A stretch of DNA of 63,773 bases, counting the filler, from Octopus bimaculoides (lineage: Eukaryota): assembly GCF_001194135.2 (NCBI RefSeq). It is 3 parts of 3 records of this genome, joined end to end, with 100 filler letters (N's around TTAATTAATTAA, not from the genome) between each part and the next. Parts side by side here need not be neighbours in the genome. Positions count along the whole stretch, not along the records: positions 24,005 to 55,548 come from NC_069004.1; positions 55,649 to 63,773 come from NC_069001.1; 1 more part is not named here. One strand, given 5' to 3'. The position numbers were made by a program, and so were the translations under genes. Below the pieces are notes generated by a model that ran no database searches, had not been told where the DNA came from, and worked only from the letters and a program-made list of their open reading frames with translations. The stretch's first letter is position 1. Each line of letters starts with the position of its first letter. Below, in pieces: positions 51,907 through 63,773 of this stretch.

Positions 51907-51952
<46 letters not shown>

Positions 51953-52685
51953 GTATATATATATATGTGATGGGCTTCTTTCAGTTTCTGTCTCCACTCA
52001 CAAGGTTTTGCTTAGCCTGAGGCTATGCAAGAAGACACTTACCCAAGGTGCCATGCAGTGGGGTTGAACCCAGAACCATGTGGCCGAGAAGCAAGCTTCT
52101 TACCACACAGCCACACTTGCACCTAAAAAGCATTCTGTCAGAAGTGTCCATTTCAAAACGCAATATATATTTTATTCTTTACTTGTTTCAGTCATTGGAT
52201 TATGGCCATGCTGAGATAATACCTTCAAAAGTTTAGTCAAACAAATTGACCCTAGTACATATCTTTTTTTCTTTTTTAAGAAAGTCTGCTACATATTCTG
52301 TTGGTGTCTTTTGCTGAACTGCTCAGTTACAGGGATTTAAACTAGCCAGCATCAGTTGTCAAACTTTGGAAGGACGGATAAACATAACAGACACACTCAC
52401 ACAGAGACACACACATGGACACTGGTGCACGATACAGCCCTATGGCCTGCCAGATCCTCTCTCACAATCCATACCATGCCAGCATGGTAAATTGATGATG
52501 ATGATGATGATGATAAATGTGTGTGTGTGTATGTCTGTAGCTTGTTTTGTTGTTGGTACTAGAACGATTGACTCCCCCCCCCCCATGTAGAGAGAACTCA
52601 AAACATCCCCTGTGCACCACATCAGTTCTTAGTGAGGGCTCCTACTAGCATCATGGGGAATCTACAGCGTGACTACAATGCTGGG

Positions 52686-53550
52686 CAAAATGCTTAGTGG
52701 TATGTCTAGGTCCTTAATTTTTGAGTTCAAATTCCCCTAAAGTCAACTTGGCTTTTCATCTTTTAGGGTCAATGAAATAAGGACCAGTTGAGCACTGGGG
52801 GTCAATGTAATCAATTTCCCCCTCCCCACAAAATTGCTGACCTCACAATAGAATAAGTACGAGAATTAGAAAAAAAAAAAAGTTCTGACGTTGATTTGTT
52901 TGATTTCAAGGCATTACCCCAGCATGGCCGCTGTCCAATGATTAAACCAAATAAAAGCTAAACTTCTGAGGACCAGAAATGACGAAATCCGAATATTGAA
53001 TCTATCAACTCACACAAGACTCTGTACTGAATAAATATTATTAACCCAATCTACCTAACACTATTGATTACACTTTCTTAATTAGCTACACAACAGGTGT
53101 TGTGGATGAGGAGATGTTGTGTAGTGAATTAAGAAAGTGTAATCAATAGTGTTAGGTAGATTGGGTTAATAATATTTATTCAGTACAGAGTCTTGTATGA
53201 GTCGATAGATTCAATATTCAGGTTTTGTCATTTCTGGTCCTCAGATGACAAACTTCAGTACTTGGAAGTTTAGCTTTTATTTGGTTTAATCATTGGACAG
53301 CGGCCATGCTGGGGCAATGTCTTGAAATGTTTAATCAAACAAATCAACATCAGAACTTTTTTATTTTCTAATTTTTGTACTTATTCTATTGTGAGGTCAG
53401 CAATTTTGTGGGGAGGGGGAAGTTGATTATATTGACCCCCAGTGCTCAACTGGTCCTTATTTTATTGACCCCAAAAGATGAAAAGCCAAGTTGACTTCAG
53501 CGGAATTTGAACTCAAAACTTAAGGAGGCAAAATATTGCTAAGCATTTTG
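52686..53550. repeat. Large genomic foldback: arms 52686-53095 and 53115-53550, 19-nt spacer
   Basis: Manual alignment gives roughly 90% identity with two indels (about 7 and about 21 nt); the arms include SINE pieces and unique sequence. Confidence 0.95.
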
Positions 53551-53602
53551 TTCAACATTCTAAACATTCTGCCAGCTCACAGCCTTATTAATAATAATAA
53601 TG

Positions 53603-53636
<34 letters not shown>

Positions 53637-53643
53637 TAATAAT

Positions 53644-53999
53644 AATTCAAAAAATACTACTCATGAGAACTGCTCATATCCTAAGAAACATATTGTCTAT
53701 GTGATTCCAAAAACATTTTCATCTGTGAACATTATGAAAAGCACTTTTAAATGTACATAATAGCAGACACCGTTTACTGTCATCTTAAGATTACACTCTC
53801 ATCTCATCATCAAATTACTTTTAAAACAAACTTTTAATTTTCTTATGTTTTGACAGACATTCTCTAGAACAATACTCTGTGCAAGACCAAAAATATGGCA
53901 CTCTAGTCATAATACCAACTTGAATGTCTAACTTGTCTCTTGAGTTCTCTGCTTGAGACTTGGAGTCAACTTGCACTAATACAAATCAAAAACTAGACC

Positions 54000-54000
<1 letters not shown>
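53644..54000 (+). mobile_element. Extremely 5'-truncated R4/Dong copy embedded in (TAA)n
   Basis: IQKILLMRTAHILRNILSM* plus a 3' UTR, with (TAA)n arrays on both sides. Confidence 0.75.
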
Positions 54001-54056
<56 letters not shown>

Positions 54057-54127
54057 TGATAATAATAATAATAATAGTAATAATAATAATAATATTGATG
54101 ATGATGGTAGTAGTAGTAGTAGTAGTA

Positions 54128-54163
<36 letters not shown>

Positions 54164-54195
54164 TTGAAGATGATGATAGTAGTACTAGTAGTAGT

Positions 54196-55351
54196 AATAG
54201 AAAGGTTATATATAAAACATATTGAAGGTGGTAAGAGACCTTATACAGCTAGAAAACTATTACAAAATAACCACCATGGGGCTACAGAAATACCTACATC
54301 AGAAGCAAGGAAAACTAATGCACAAAACACAAACAAAACAAAAAACTGTTTCCAGTCTTTAAGGAAACTGACAAATACAAGAAAGAAGTTATACTATCTA
54401 ACAACTATGAAGAAAAAGAAGAAACAACAAAAGCTGTTAAACAACTGAAATCCAAACTAAAACTGGAACAGCAACGGATCATAATAAAACGATGGCAAGA
54501 AAAGTCCATTCATGGCAAATACTGGGTTAAACTAAACAGAAAAGAAATAGACAAAGCAAAATCTCAACAATGGCTGAGAAGCTCAGGACTCAAAGCAGAG
54601 ACTGAAGGATCTTTAATTGCAGCACAAGACCAAAGCCTCGCCACCAGAAATCATCAAAAGCATGTAATGAAAAGATATACAATAACTAATTGCCGAATAT
54701 GTGGTGATGGAGAAGAAACAATAAATCATATTGTCTCTGGCTGCCCAGTCCTGGCTAAGAAGGAATATATTCACAGACACGACAGAGTTGGGACCTATAT
54801 ACACTGAAAGCTATGCTAACACTATGAAATAACATCAGAAAAAAGATGGTATAGGCACCCGTCAGAAAAGGTCACTGAAAATGAGAAAGCAACCACATTC
54901 TGGGAATAGCCAATACACGCAGAGAAATTAAGGCCAATAGGCCAGATATAGTTGTCAGAGTTCACCAAGAAAAAAATTGCTTACTAATTGATGTATCAAT
55001 GCCAACAGATGACAATGTTTCTCTAAAAGAAACAGAAAAACTTTCAAAATACAAAGATCTAGAAATAGAGGTAACTCAAATGTGGAGCCTAAAAACAGAA
55101 ACAATTTCTATCATAGGTGCATTAGGTATGGTAAAAAAAAACATTCAGACAAATACATAACAAAAACACCGGGGTTACAAGTATATATAACATACAGAAA
55201 ATTGCACTACTGGGCACCACACACAGCCTACGTGAAACACTTTCAATACAGTGAAAATAAGAGCACCACAACAAACCCCAGCACATACCCAAGGCACACA
55301 GAGCTGCACTTGGTAGCGCAGTGATAGCAAGTGATAAAAATAAGACTACTG
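54196..55351 (+). mobile_element. R4/Dong LINE, 5'-truncated: CCHC knuckle plus restriction-like endonuclease
   Basis: ERLYIK..EGG; WQEKSIHGKY; LIAAQDQSLATR; CRICGDGEETINHIVSGCPVLA; RHDRVG; ANRPDIVV; LIDVSMP; KETEKLSKYKDL; GALG; IQKIALLGT. Starts after (TAA/TAG)n and ends in (TAA)n. Confidence 0.93.
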
Positions 55352-55364
55352 AATAATAATAATC

Positions 55365-55548
55365 ATCATCATCATCATCATCATCGTTTAACGTCCGCTT
55401 TCCATGCTAGCATGGGTTGGACGATTTGACTGAGGACTGGTGAAACCGGATGGCAACACCAGGCTCCAGTCCGATTTGGCAGAGTTTCTACAGCTGGATG
55501 CCCTTCCTAACGCCGACCACTCAGAGAGTGTAGTGGGTGCTTTTACGT
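55365..55548 (-). mobile_element. Family E SINE (young, CpG-intact)
   Basis: CATCGTTTAACGTCCGCTTTCCATGCTAGCATGGGTTGGACG...GGATGCCCTTCCTAACGCC. Confidence 0.85.
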
Positions 55549-56337
55549 NNNNNNNNNNNNNNNNNNNNNNNNNNNNNNNNNNNNNNNNNNNNTTAATTAA
55601 TTAANNNNNNNNNNNNNNNNNNNNNNNNNNNNNNNNNNNNNNNNNNNNTATATATATATATATATACACATATATACATATATATATATCCCATCATCTA
55701 CATGAGCACAATTAAATTCTGAAAGCATTTTCCTATTATTTCTCCACGTGCGGTTATCACAACCCCACTATTTACTGACTTATATATATATATATATATC
55801 TATATATATATATATACATGTACACATACATGTATATATGTGTATACATCCTCATTCATGTTTAGGTTTAAATACATGTGGTAGCGTTAACATTAGTCTT
55901 TGCATATTTAGTGAAGTTTTTCCATCATCTCTCTCTCTAGTGTTACAAAAAATCTGATTCACTTGCTTAGCACAAAAAACACATATCTGACATCAAATAA
56001 TTGTTTTTCACTTTGCCGTCATTCTCTGCTTAATGTATGCATACACACACACACACACACACACGTAAACTGCACAAATGTCTTTAGTTATACATACTTC
56101 CATATCGACGCATATATTTGTGTGTTTTGTATATACGATATATATATGTTATGTGACTTTTTTGCATATATTTATAAACATACATACATACATATGTATA
56201 CAATTATATTTGAATATATATAAATTTATATATATATATGTTTATATATGTATATATTCAAATGTATGCATGTGTTCATATATATAATATATTGTAAATG
56301 CATGTATATGTAGACCTGTATTTGTATTATAAAATTA

Positions 56338-56371
<34 letters not shown>

Positions 56372-56382
56372 NNNNNNNNNNC

Positions 56383-56692
56383 ATGCTAGAGCACTGCTTT
56401 TAGTTAAAGAAATCAACCCCAGGACTTATTCTTTGTAAGCCTAGTACTTATTCTATCAGTCTCTTTTGCTGAACTGCTAATTTACGATGGTAGGGGGACA
56501 AATACAGACACACAAATATATACATACATACTATGAGCTTCTTTCAGTTTCCATCTACCAAATCCACTCACAAGGCTTTGGTAGGCCTGAGGCTATAGTA
56601 GAAGACACTTGCCCAAAGAACCACACAGTGGGATTGAACCCAGCACCATGCAGTTAGGAAACAAGCTTCTTACTACACAGCCATGCCTGCAC
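56383..56692 (-). mobile_element. Family B SINE
   Basis: CATGCTAGAGCACTGC...GACTTATTCTTTGTAAGCC...CACACAGCCATGCCTGC. Confidence 0.8.
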
Positions 56693-58246
56693 CTATATAT
56701 GTATATATATATATATACATATATATACACACACACACATATATATATAAACATATGTACACAGACACACACACAGTAGAGCTTTATGCAGCTGTCTCAC
56801 TTGCCAGCGTCTATCAAAACACCCAACTCATGCCAGCATGAAGAGAGGACGTAAAACAATGAGAATATATATATATATAGTTATATCTATATTTGACAAA
56901 TTTTTTCTTAATACATTATGTACATTTTGCCTTTTCACAAATGCATATAGATATATTAGGGTATTTTAATATGTTATATATGTAAGTCTCATATAAATTT
57001 ATTTTTATGAGCATATATATGAACATTATAAATTTTATATTAGCTTATTTAAAATCCTTTTAGAAATTTATAAGCTTTCCAAAATTTGAAAACAATTCAA
57101 AATTTATTTATATATGTTATAATTTCATAATTCATGCAGATTAATCCTTTCTGCTGTTGGCACAAAGCCTGGAGCTTTAGTGGGGAGGGGTTAGTCAAAT
57201 ACATCGAGCCCAGTATTTGAGTGGCATTTTTTTTCTCAACCCTGAAGAGATGAAAAATGAAATCGATCTTGGCAGAATATGAACTCAGAATGTGTAGACA
57301 GACAAAATGTTGCTAAGCACTTTTGTCCAGCAAGTTAATGATTCTACCACCTCAGCACTTTTAATTATAAATTTGTATTATATTTCTTTTATGTATAGAA
57401 TTTTAGATAGATCTCATAATAGTTATTTATATAACACCTGAGGTTATTCAGTGTTTGAAAATTACTTCAACTATTTTGCCTTAAATTTCAAACGCATTTC
57501 AAAATATCAAACGTTTAAACATTTACTTTCTAACCTGAAATTAAATCTTAATTTCTTATGTACAATGCATTTTATATTTTGAAATAATTTAAAAATACTA
57601 ACAGCACTCATAAAAATATTCTTGAAATCTTTGTGTTATCAAACAGAATTTTTGCAAAATTACCTTTAATTTCCAATAAAATCAACAAATAATAAACGAT
57701 TTATGAAATTATTTAAAGATTTCTATCAGGTTAATATAGACAAAAAGTGATTTTTATCATTGTATAAATGTGATATATAATGTTGGTTATTTCAATATTT
57801 ATATTTGCTTAAACATTCAAAAAACTCATGGTGGGGTAGAATAGACAAAATTTCTTTGACTGGGTTTAAATAATATTCTTTTTTCAAGTAACAAAAATGA
57901 TTTTTTTCTAGTATTCAAGAAATCCTCCAGAGTAATTTTTTATTATTGCTATAAATTCCATCAGCTTCCAATGAACATTCAACTACCAAATATACTCCCT
58001 CCCTTCTTAGCTACTACTAAAAAAAATTTGTTTTTTCTTAGGGAGATTTAGAAGATTCAATTTTGCTTAAAGTGAAAGAAAAAGAATAAGATATGTGTGC
58101 ATGTATGTATGTCTATATATATAATATAAATATATAGCTATATCTATCTGTCTATATATATATATATATATATAATACATATGTGTATGTATGTGTGTGT
58201 GTATATATATATATAATACATATATGAATGTATACATATATGAATG

Positions 58247-58308
<62 letters not shown>

Positions 58309-60323
58309 ATATAAATTACTCATGTAGACACTTACATATATACCTATGCGTGTATGTATGTAAAACTAACATTAGGTATGAATTTCAGGTTTTGGTGCTA
58401 TTCAGTCTGTATAAATTTTGTTTTTTTGTCTCTCATTTACTGTTTTTTTTGTTGACTAAGTATAATAGGTGGATATAAGTTATCCACTTAACATTTCTGT
58501 CGTATCTTCTTACAGACCTACGTGCTCCAGATTTGTCAGAATTAGTTACAAGTTCAAATGTCTCTTCTTTCACAAGTGAATCAATATTGAATCTTAAATT
58601 TATTTCCAACTACTACTACATGGCTAAATTTCTATTTAAATGTTTGAAAAATCTTAATTAAATTTAAAAATGTAAAACTCCAGATTATCTTGATGAAAAA
58701 AAAAACAACATGAAAGGAAAAATCAAAAGATAAAAAAGAAATGAATGTAAAAAATTCTTTTAAAAGTTTACTTAAAATGATTTATTTCTTCTTCTCTATT
58801 TTTACCTTTATTTTTACTTTTATCCACTTTAACATTCTAATATTTTCTTTTTATGCGATAAAAACATTTTTTATTTTGCAGTTACATTTGGGAAAACAAA
58901 CAGTTTGGATTTCCTCGTCTACACACCTGACAATAATGTTACTTTATTGTCACTAGTGCCACCTTTGGCTAAACCTGTGTTATACCTTAAAAAATAAAAC
59001 ATTTGCTACACATTCCATCAAGTTGTGAAAAAAACATTTCAGAAGAAAGAATTATCTGTATAAAGGAGAATGAAAAACATGATTTCGTTTATCAGGAAAA
59101 TAAAACCTTTTCAAGCTTTGGCTTTAGCTAGAAACTAAAACTTTTCAGGAAAAAAAAAATAATAATAATAAAAATTTTTAATTAACCTCTGAAGTCATCA
59201 ATTAGAGTGAAATATTAACCAAATATATTCTTTTTGTCGATTCAAGAAAGGTGGTAATTCATTCTATTGAGAAAATGAGTTGAGAGGTACATCAGAGAAT
59301 AAGAATGATATTCTATAGTGCTAATTAGCAGAATTATAAGAAAAGTCAATCAAGCCTCATAATGATGAAATTAATTCACATACACTAAGTATTATGAAAT
59401 ATTGAAAGAAATGAAAGGGTGTCTTATATCAAAATCAAAAAAAAAAAAAAAAAAAAGACACATTCAAGGTTCTAGGATTTGGTTTTTAATTCTAATACAT
59501 TGATACGGTTATGATCCCCTGCATCTCATCCTTATAATCCGAATGATGAGTGTGAACACTATCATCACAGTCATTACCATTATTATCAGTATCACACAAA
59601 CGTTATCACTGCTCTGGCAAATCATTTTTGAATTCTTACACAAAACGTTTTTTTCCTCCAAATGTCAAACCATCCAGGGACGTTATTTCTATTGACTTCT
59701 TGTGAATCATTTAACATAAATTTTGTGCAATGAACATAGACATACAAACCACACAGCACACAGGTTAGTGGGAATGCACACATATATGAATATTTGTGTG
59801 TATCCAGAAATATGTCTATGTATGTATATGCAGGCTAATATAAAGTCTTTGTGCGATTTTAAATTTGCATAAATTTAATCCCAAATATAGTAGAATTAAT
59901 CTTCTTAATGGATACATGAAAATATTCATCATATATATGAACAAATTAATTCTTGAGGTGGTAAATTTGATAAGGTCCACTACTATGTATTAAAAAAACT
60001 GCTGAAATTCTGAAAATGCATAATTTTGTGACTGTTTTCTTGTTATAGTCTGAATTATATTAGCTTTCCAAGTTATCTACAGAATGAAGTTAACTTGAAT
60101 TAAACAGTATTCCCTAACATGTACTCATAAAGTATAAAACCATTAAAAAATTACTACACATTCATAATAAATTTTCTGATTTAGTATTACCAACTAAAAT
60201 CATCAAATGTCTAAATGATTTCCAGGTTTTTCTGTCATTTATAGAAATAAAAGTAATAAAAATTTCAAATTTCACATCACAATACTGATCTTAAGCATGT
60301 ATGTCTTTGAACATATCTATCTG

Positions 60324-60365
<42 letters not shown>

Positions 60366-60411
60366 TGGGGGTGTCTATGTGCGTGTGTGTGTGTGTGTGC
60401 ATTTGTGTGCG

Positions 60412-60461
<50 letters not shown>

Positions 60462-61222
60462 TGTACATACATCACACGTACTTTTGTGAACACACACACA
60501 CACACACACACATAACTTCAACAGTGATAAAGCAGCAAAATGTGGTGTTGCATGTGTCTCAAAGTGGCGACTGGGTGCATTTTCCCATGCCACCAGTTCT
60601 AGGAAGTTGTCCAGTGTGAGGGGGCCATTAAAGAACTCCCTCTAACTATTATTAGTTCTTATGTCTAGTTATTACATTCCTAGACACTCAGCCTGCAAAT
60701 TTGCTTCCAAAGTCCCACTTGTGCATTCTATGGGGTTTTTTTTCTTTGCTCAATTTCTGTGGAAAGATGTCTTTCTTTTCAACCATTCAAATTGACAAAA
60801 TTAAAAATCCTATGACGTGACTTTCCTCAGGAGTCTTAAGAATGGAAATGAAACTGAATGACAGAGAAAGGAAAATTTGGTAATTTCTGGTTTTCTAGTT
60901 TCCTTAATTGAAGCACAACAGTGCTTGCCACCGTGTCTGTCACACATCTTAAAACTAACAGCCAAATATATCATCTTTAGAAATATGCTTATATACTTCT
61001 TAGTTCAGTAGCCAAAATCACAAAATGTTTGGCCGAAGCATGAAATTTGCTTCACACAGCATAACCACACCTGAAGTAGAAAAGGTGCATGTATATTTGT
61101 GTATCTGCATATATGCACACATACATGCAGTTATATATACATGGCATATTTCATAAATATGCTCGTTCAAGTATCATAATAGCATGAAACTACTAGTAGC
61201 TCTTCCGCTTGTGTATTTAATT

Positions 61223-61256
<34 letters not shown>

Positions 61257-61954
61257 TATGGCTCCTATGAATAGTATAGCAATGTTCTGGCTACAATTTA
61301 TATACATTTTCCATTTTTGTTTCAAGCAATATCGGCAACTTACCAGAACTGATGGCTAGGTGGACATAAACTCTATATCAATGGAGTCATTCGCCTGAGG
61401 ATCCTGTGTACCTACAAGTGTAACTCTGAGTAGCAAAACACCAACCAGACCCAAATAAAATATGTACACATATAATTAGATTAAATACACACACACACAC
61501 ACACACCATAATCGTCATCATCATCATGCATCTCCATCCTTACATGGGTCAGACAAAATTCATTGAGGCAGATTTTGTTTGGCCTGATGCTCTTTCTGTT
61601 GCCTACCATCATATTCTCAAGAAAGGTAATGTTTTCCTTTAGGTTAGATGTGTTTCCACGGAAGTTTACCAGCAAACAGCTTTGAATGCAATTGCTGTAT
61701 GATGCTACACGATAGTAGGGAAGTCACGCACACATACACATACACACACAACATCTGTGCGTGTGTGCATGCGTGTGTGTGTGTGTGTGTGTGTATGACA
61801 GGCTTCTATTATCACATTCTACCAACTAAACTGTTTCACAAAGCTACAGTAGGGTCAAGACTATGTCAGAAGTAATTTGGGGTGAGCCGGCACCAGAAAC
61901 TCAATGCTGCAAAGCAAATCTCCACACAACTCAGTTATGATTGTGACAATATAA

Positions 61955-62043
<89 letters not shown>

Positions 62044-62151
62044 GATATATATACACATATATATATATATAAGCATATGTGTGTGTGCGTGCATACATAT
62101 ATGTATATATGCATATGTATATATATATATATATGTACATATATATCTATA

Positions 62152-62193
<42 letters not shown>

Positions 62194-62484
62194 NNNNNNN
62201 NNNNNNNNNNNNNNNNNNNNNNNNNNNNNNNNNNNNNNNNNNNNNNNNNNNNNNNNNNNNNNNNNNNNNNNNNNNNNNNNNNNNNNNNNNNNNNNNNNNN
62301 NNNNNNNNNNNNNNNNNNNNNNNNNNNNNNNNNNNNNNNNNNNNNNNNNNNNNNNNNNNNNNNNNNNNNNNNNNNNNNNNNNNNNNNNNNNNNNNNNNNN
62401 NNNNNNNNNNNNNNNNNNNNNNNNNNNNNNNNNNNNNNNNNNNNNNNNNNNNNNNNNNNNNNNNNNNNNNNNNNNNNNNNNNNN

Positions 62485-62531
<47 letters not shown>

Positions 62532-62874
62532 CTACATAGGTATTCTTTTATTAATTAATGCATTTCAGCCCAAAGGCTCGGCCATACTTGGGCACCGCTA
62601 GTGTTATCAATCATTCAATATTATTCTTTTGTGATTGGTATTTAATGTAGGAAGGAATTTGACATTACTGCCCTCTTTCGGGCTTCCTGTCCTTAATGTA
62701 GTTTTATGCACACACACACACGTGCACACGCACACTTGCACACACACATATAACATCAAATTCCACATGCACCAATTGCCACATATAGTGAACATGTAGC
62801 ATTATCCGTTTTTGTGTGTGTGTGTGTATACATATATATATATATGTATATATACACACACACATACACACACA

Positions 62875-63738
62875 CAGTGCGATGGGTAAATTGTTGCCAT
62901 TTCATCTTTTTAATTTATGCATGAACACTGTTTGTTTTTTATTCTGTCAACTACACAGTTTAGTGGGGTCAGCTGGGCACCGTCTGTGAGAAAGACAGAA
63001 CCATGATACAATTCACTCTGCCAGAAATTTGGAAACGACATGCTGTACTGCTTAGCATTCGTGCAGGAAGCTCAGAGTGTTTGGTTGTCAATCTCAGGAC
63101 GGTGCAATCTTAGGACATGTACCGCGAGTGATAAATACCATACATTCTGCATGGTGTTTGGATTGATCATTAGTGATGGTGACGTTATGCCTCCATTCAT
63201 CTTCCCACACGGTCTCACACTTCACACGGAAGCCTACATCAAGTGCCTGGAAGAGGTAGTGCTGTCTTGGGTCAAGAGGGTGGCTGCTGGAAGAACCTGT
63301 GTCTGGCAACAGGACTCTGCACCATGCAACACAAGCAGGAGAACCCGGTCATGGCTGTCAGACAATTTCTGCAACCACATCACCCATAAAATCTGGCCAC
63401 CTAACTCCCCAGATTGCAACCCCCTTTGATCGTTATGTGTAGGGTGCAGTTGAGTGAGAGACCAACAAAACTCCTTGTAACACACAAAAGATGAACTGAA
63501 GGCAAGGATTATGGTAGCATTCACCAACTTAAACATGGAGACCATCCAGGAGAGTTGTAGGAAATTCCAAAGTGGTCTGGAGGCCGTGGTTGAAGCCAAT
63601 GGCGATTTTATTGAATAAATTTACTCTTTAGTATTTCAAGATATATTTTTGTAATTTTGATAAATATACCTGTTAAAATGAGATGTCAGAGTTATTTTCA
63701 TTTTTGCGTAATTTAGACAATTTATTCACTGCACCTTG
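62875..63738 (+). mobile_element. DD37D (maT-type) Tc1/mariner element with an internally deleted pseudo-transposase (63003-63618)
   Basis: MVFG..ISDGDVMPPFIF...WQQDSAP...WPPNSPDCNPL(D): 37 residues between the last two Asp after correcting a 1-nt frameshift; nonsense codons follow. The right end ...CACCTTG|TA resembles the degenerate left end CAGTGCGATGGGTAAATTGT. Confidence 0.85.
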
Positions 63739-63773
63739 TATATACATATGTGTGTATATATATATATATATAT

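Noticed and set aside
241-57360. tRNA-like A/B boxes at many sites
   Set aside because: All are SINE heads followed by SINE bodies; no complete cloverleaf was found.
58517-58577. Plus-strand exon-like segment (D)LRAPDLSELVTSSNVSSFT as the next INTS13 exon
   Set aside because: Does not resemble the expected ELHYCTGAYRISPVDVNSRPSSCL; the true exon is probably beyond the window or in a gap.
851-62601. The many long ORFs (poly-[17 protein letters not shown] and X-runs)
   Set aside because: They are translations of microsatellites or N gaps, with no recognisable domains.

Overview
AT-rich, gap-ridden eukaryotic genomic DNA, dominated by microsatellites, tRNA-derived SINEs and decayed transposons. 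The SINE, R4/Dong and RTE content points to a coleoid cephalopod, probably an Octopus short-read assembly (inference). Almost all six-frame ORFs are microsatellite or N-gap artefacts. The only host protein-coding sequence I can recognise is two internal + strand exons of Integrator subunit 13 (INTS13/Asunder): 28567-28651 (EEQNASSSANYDVELLH...) and 48197-48295 (...TVTLKWCTPK...), joined in frame across a 19.5-kb GT-AG intron. The upstream and downstream INTS13 exons are not visible. A CpG-rich, promoter-like block with a strong splice donor lies at about 4.7-5.0 kb. The introns contain a TTAA/TIR-bounded piggyBac, a DD37D (maT) element, a Tc2/pogo-like element, several R4/Dong LINE remnants (some at (TAA)n arrays), an RTE remnant, and Penelope-type remnants with minimal hammerhead-ribozyme folds on the sense strand. 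There are also a ~0.9-kb genomic foldback and an interleaved double inverted repeat with a perfect 30-bp palindrome. Repeat boundaries are approximate (about +/-10-20 nt) unless stated. Similarity to known proteins is from recalled sequence motifs, not from database searches.
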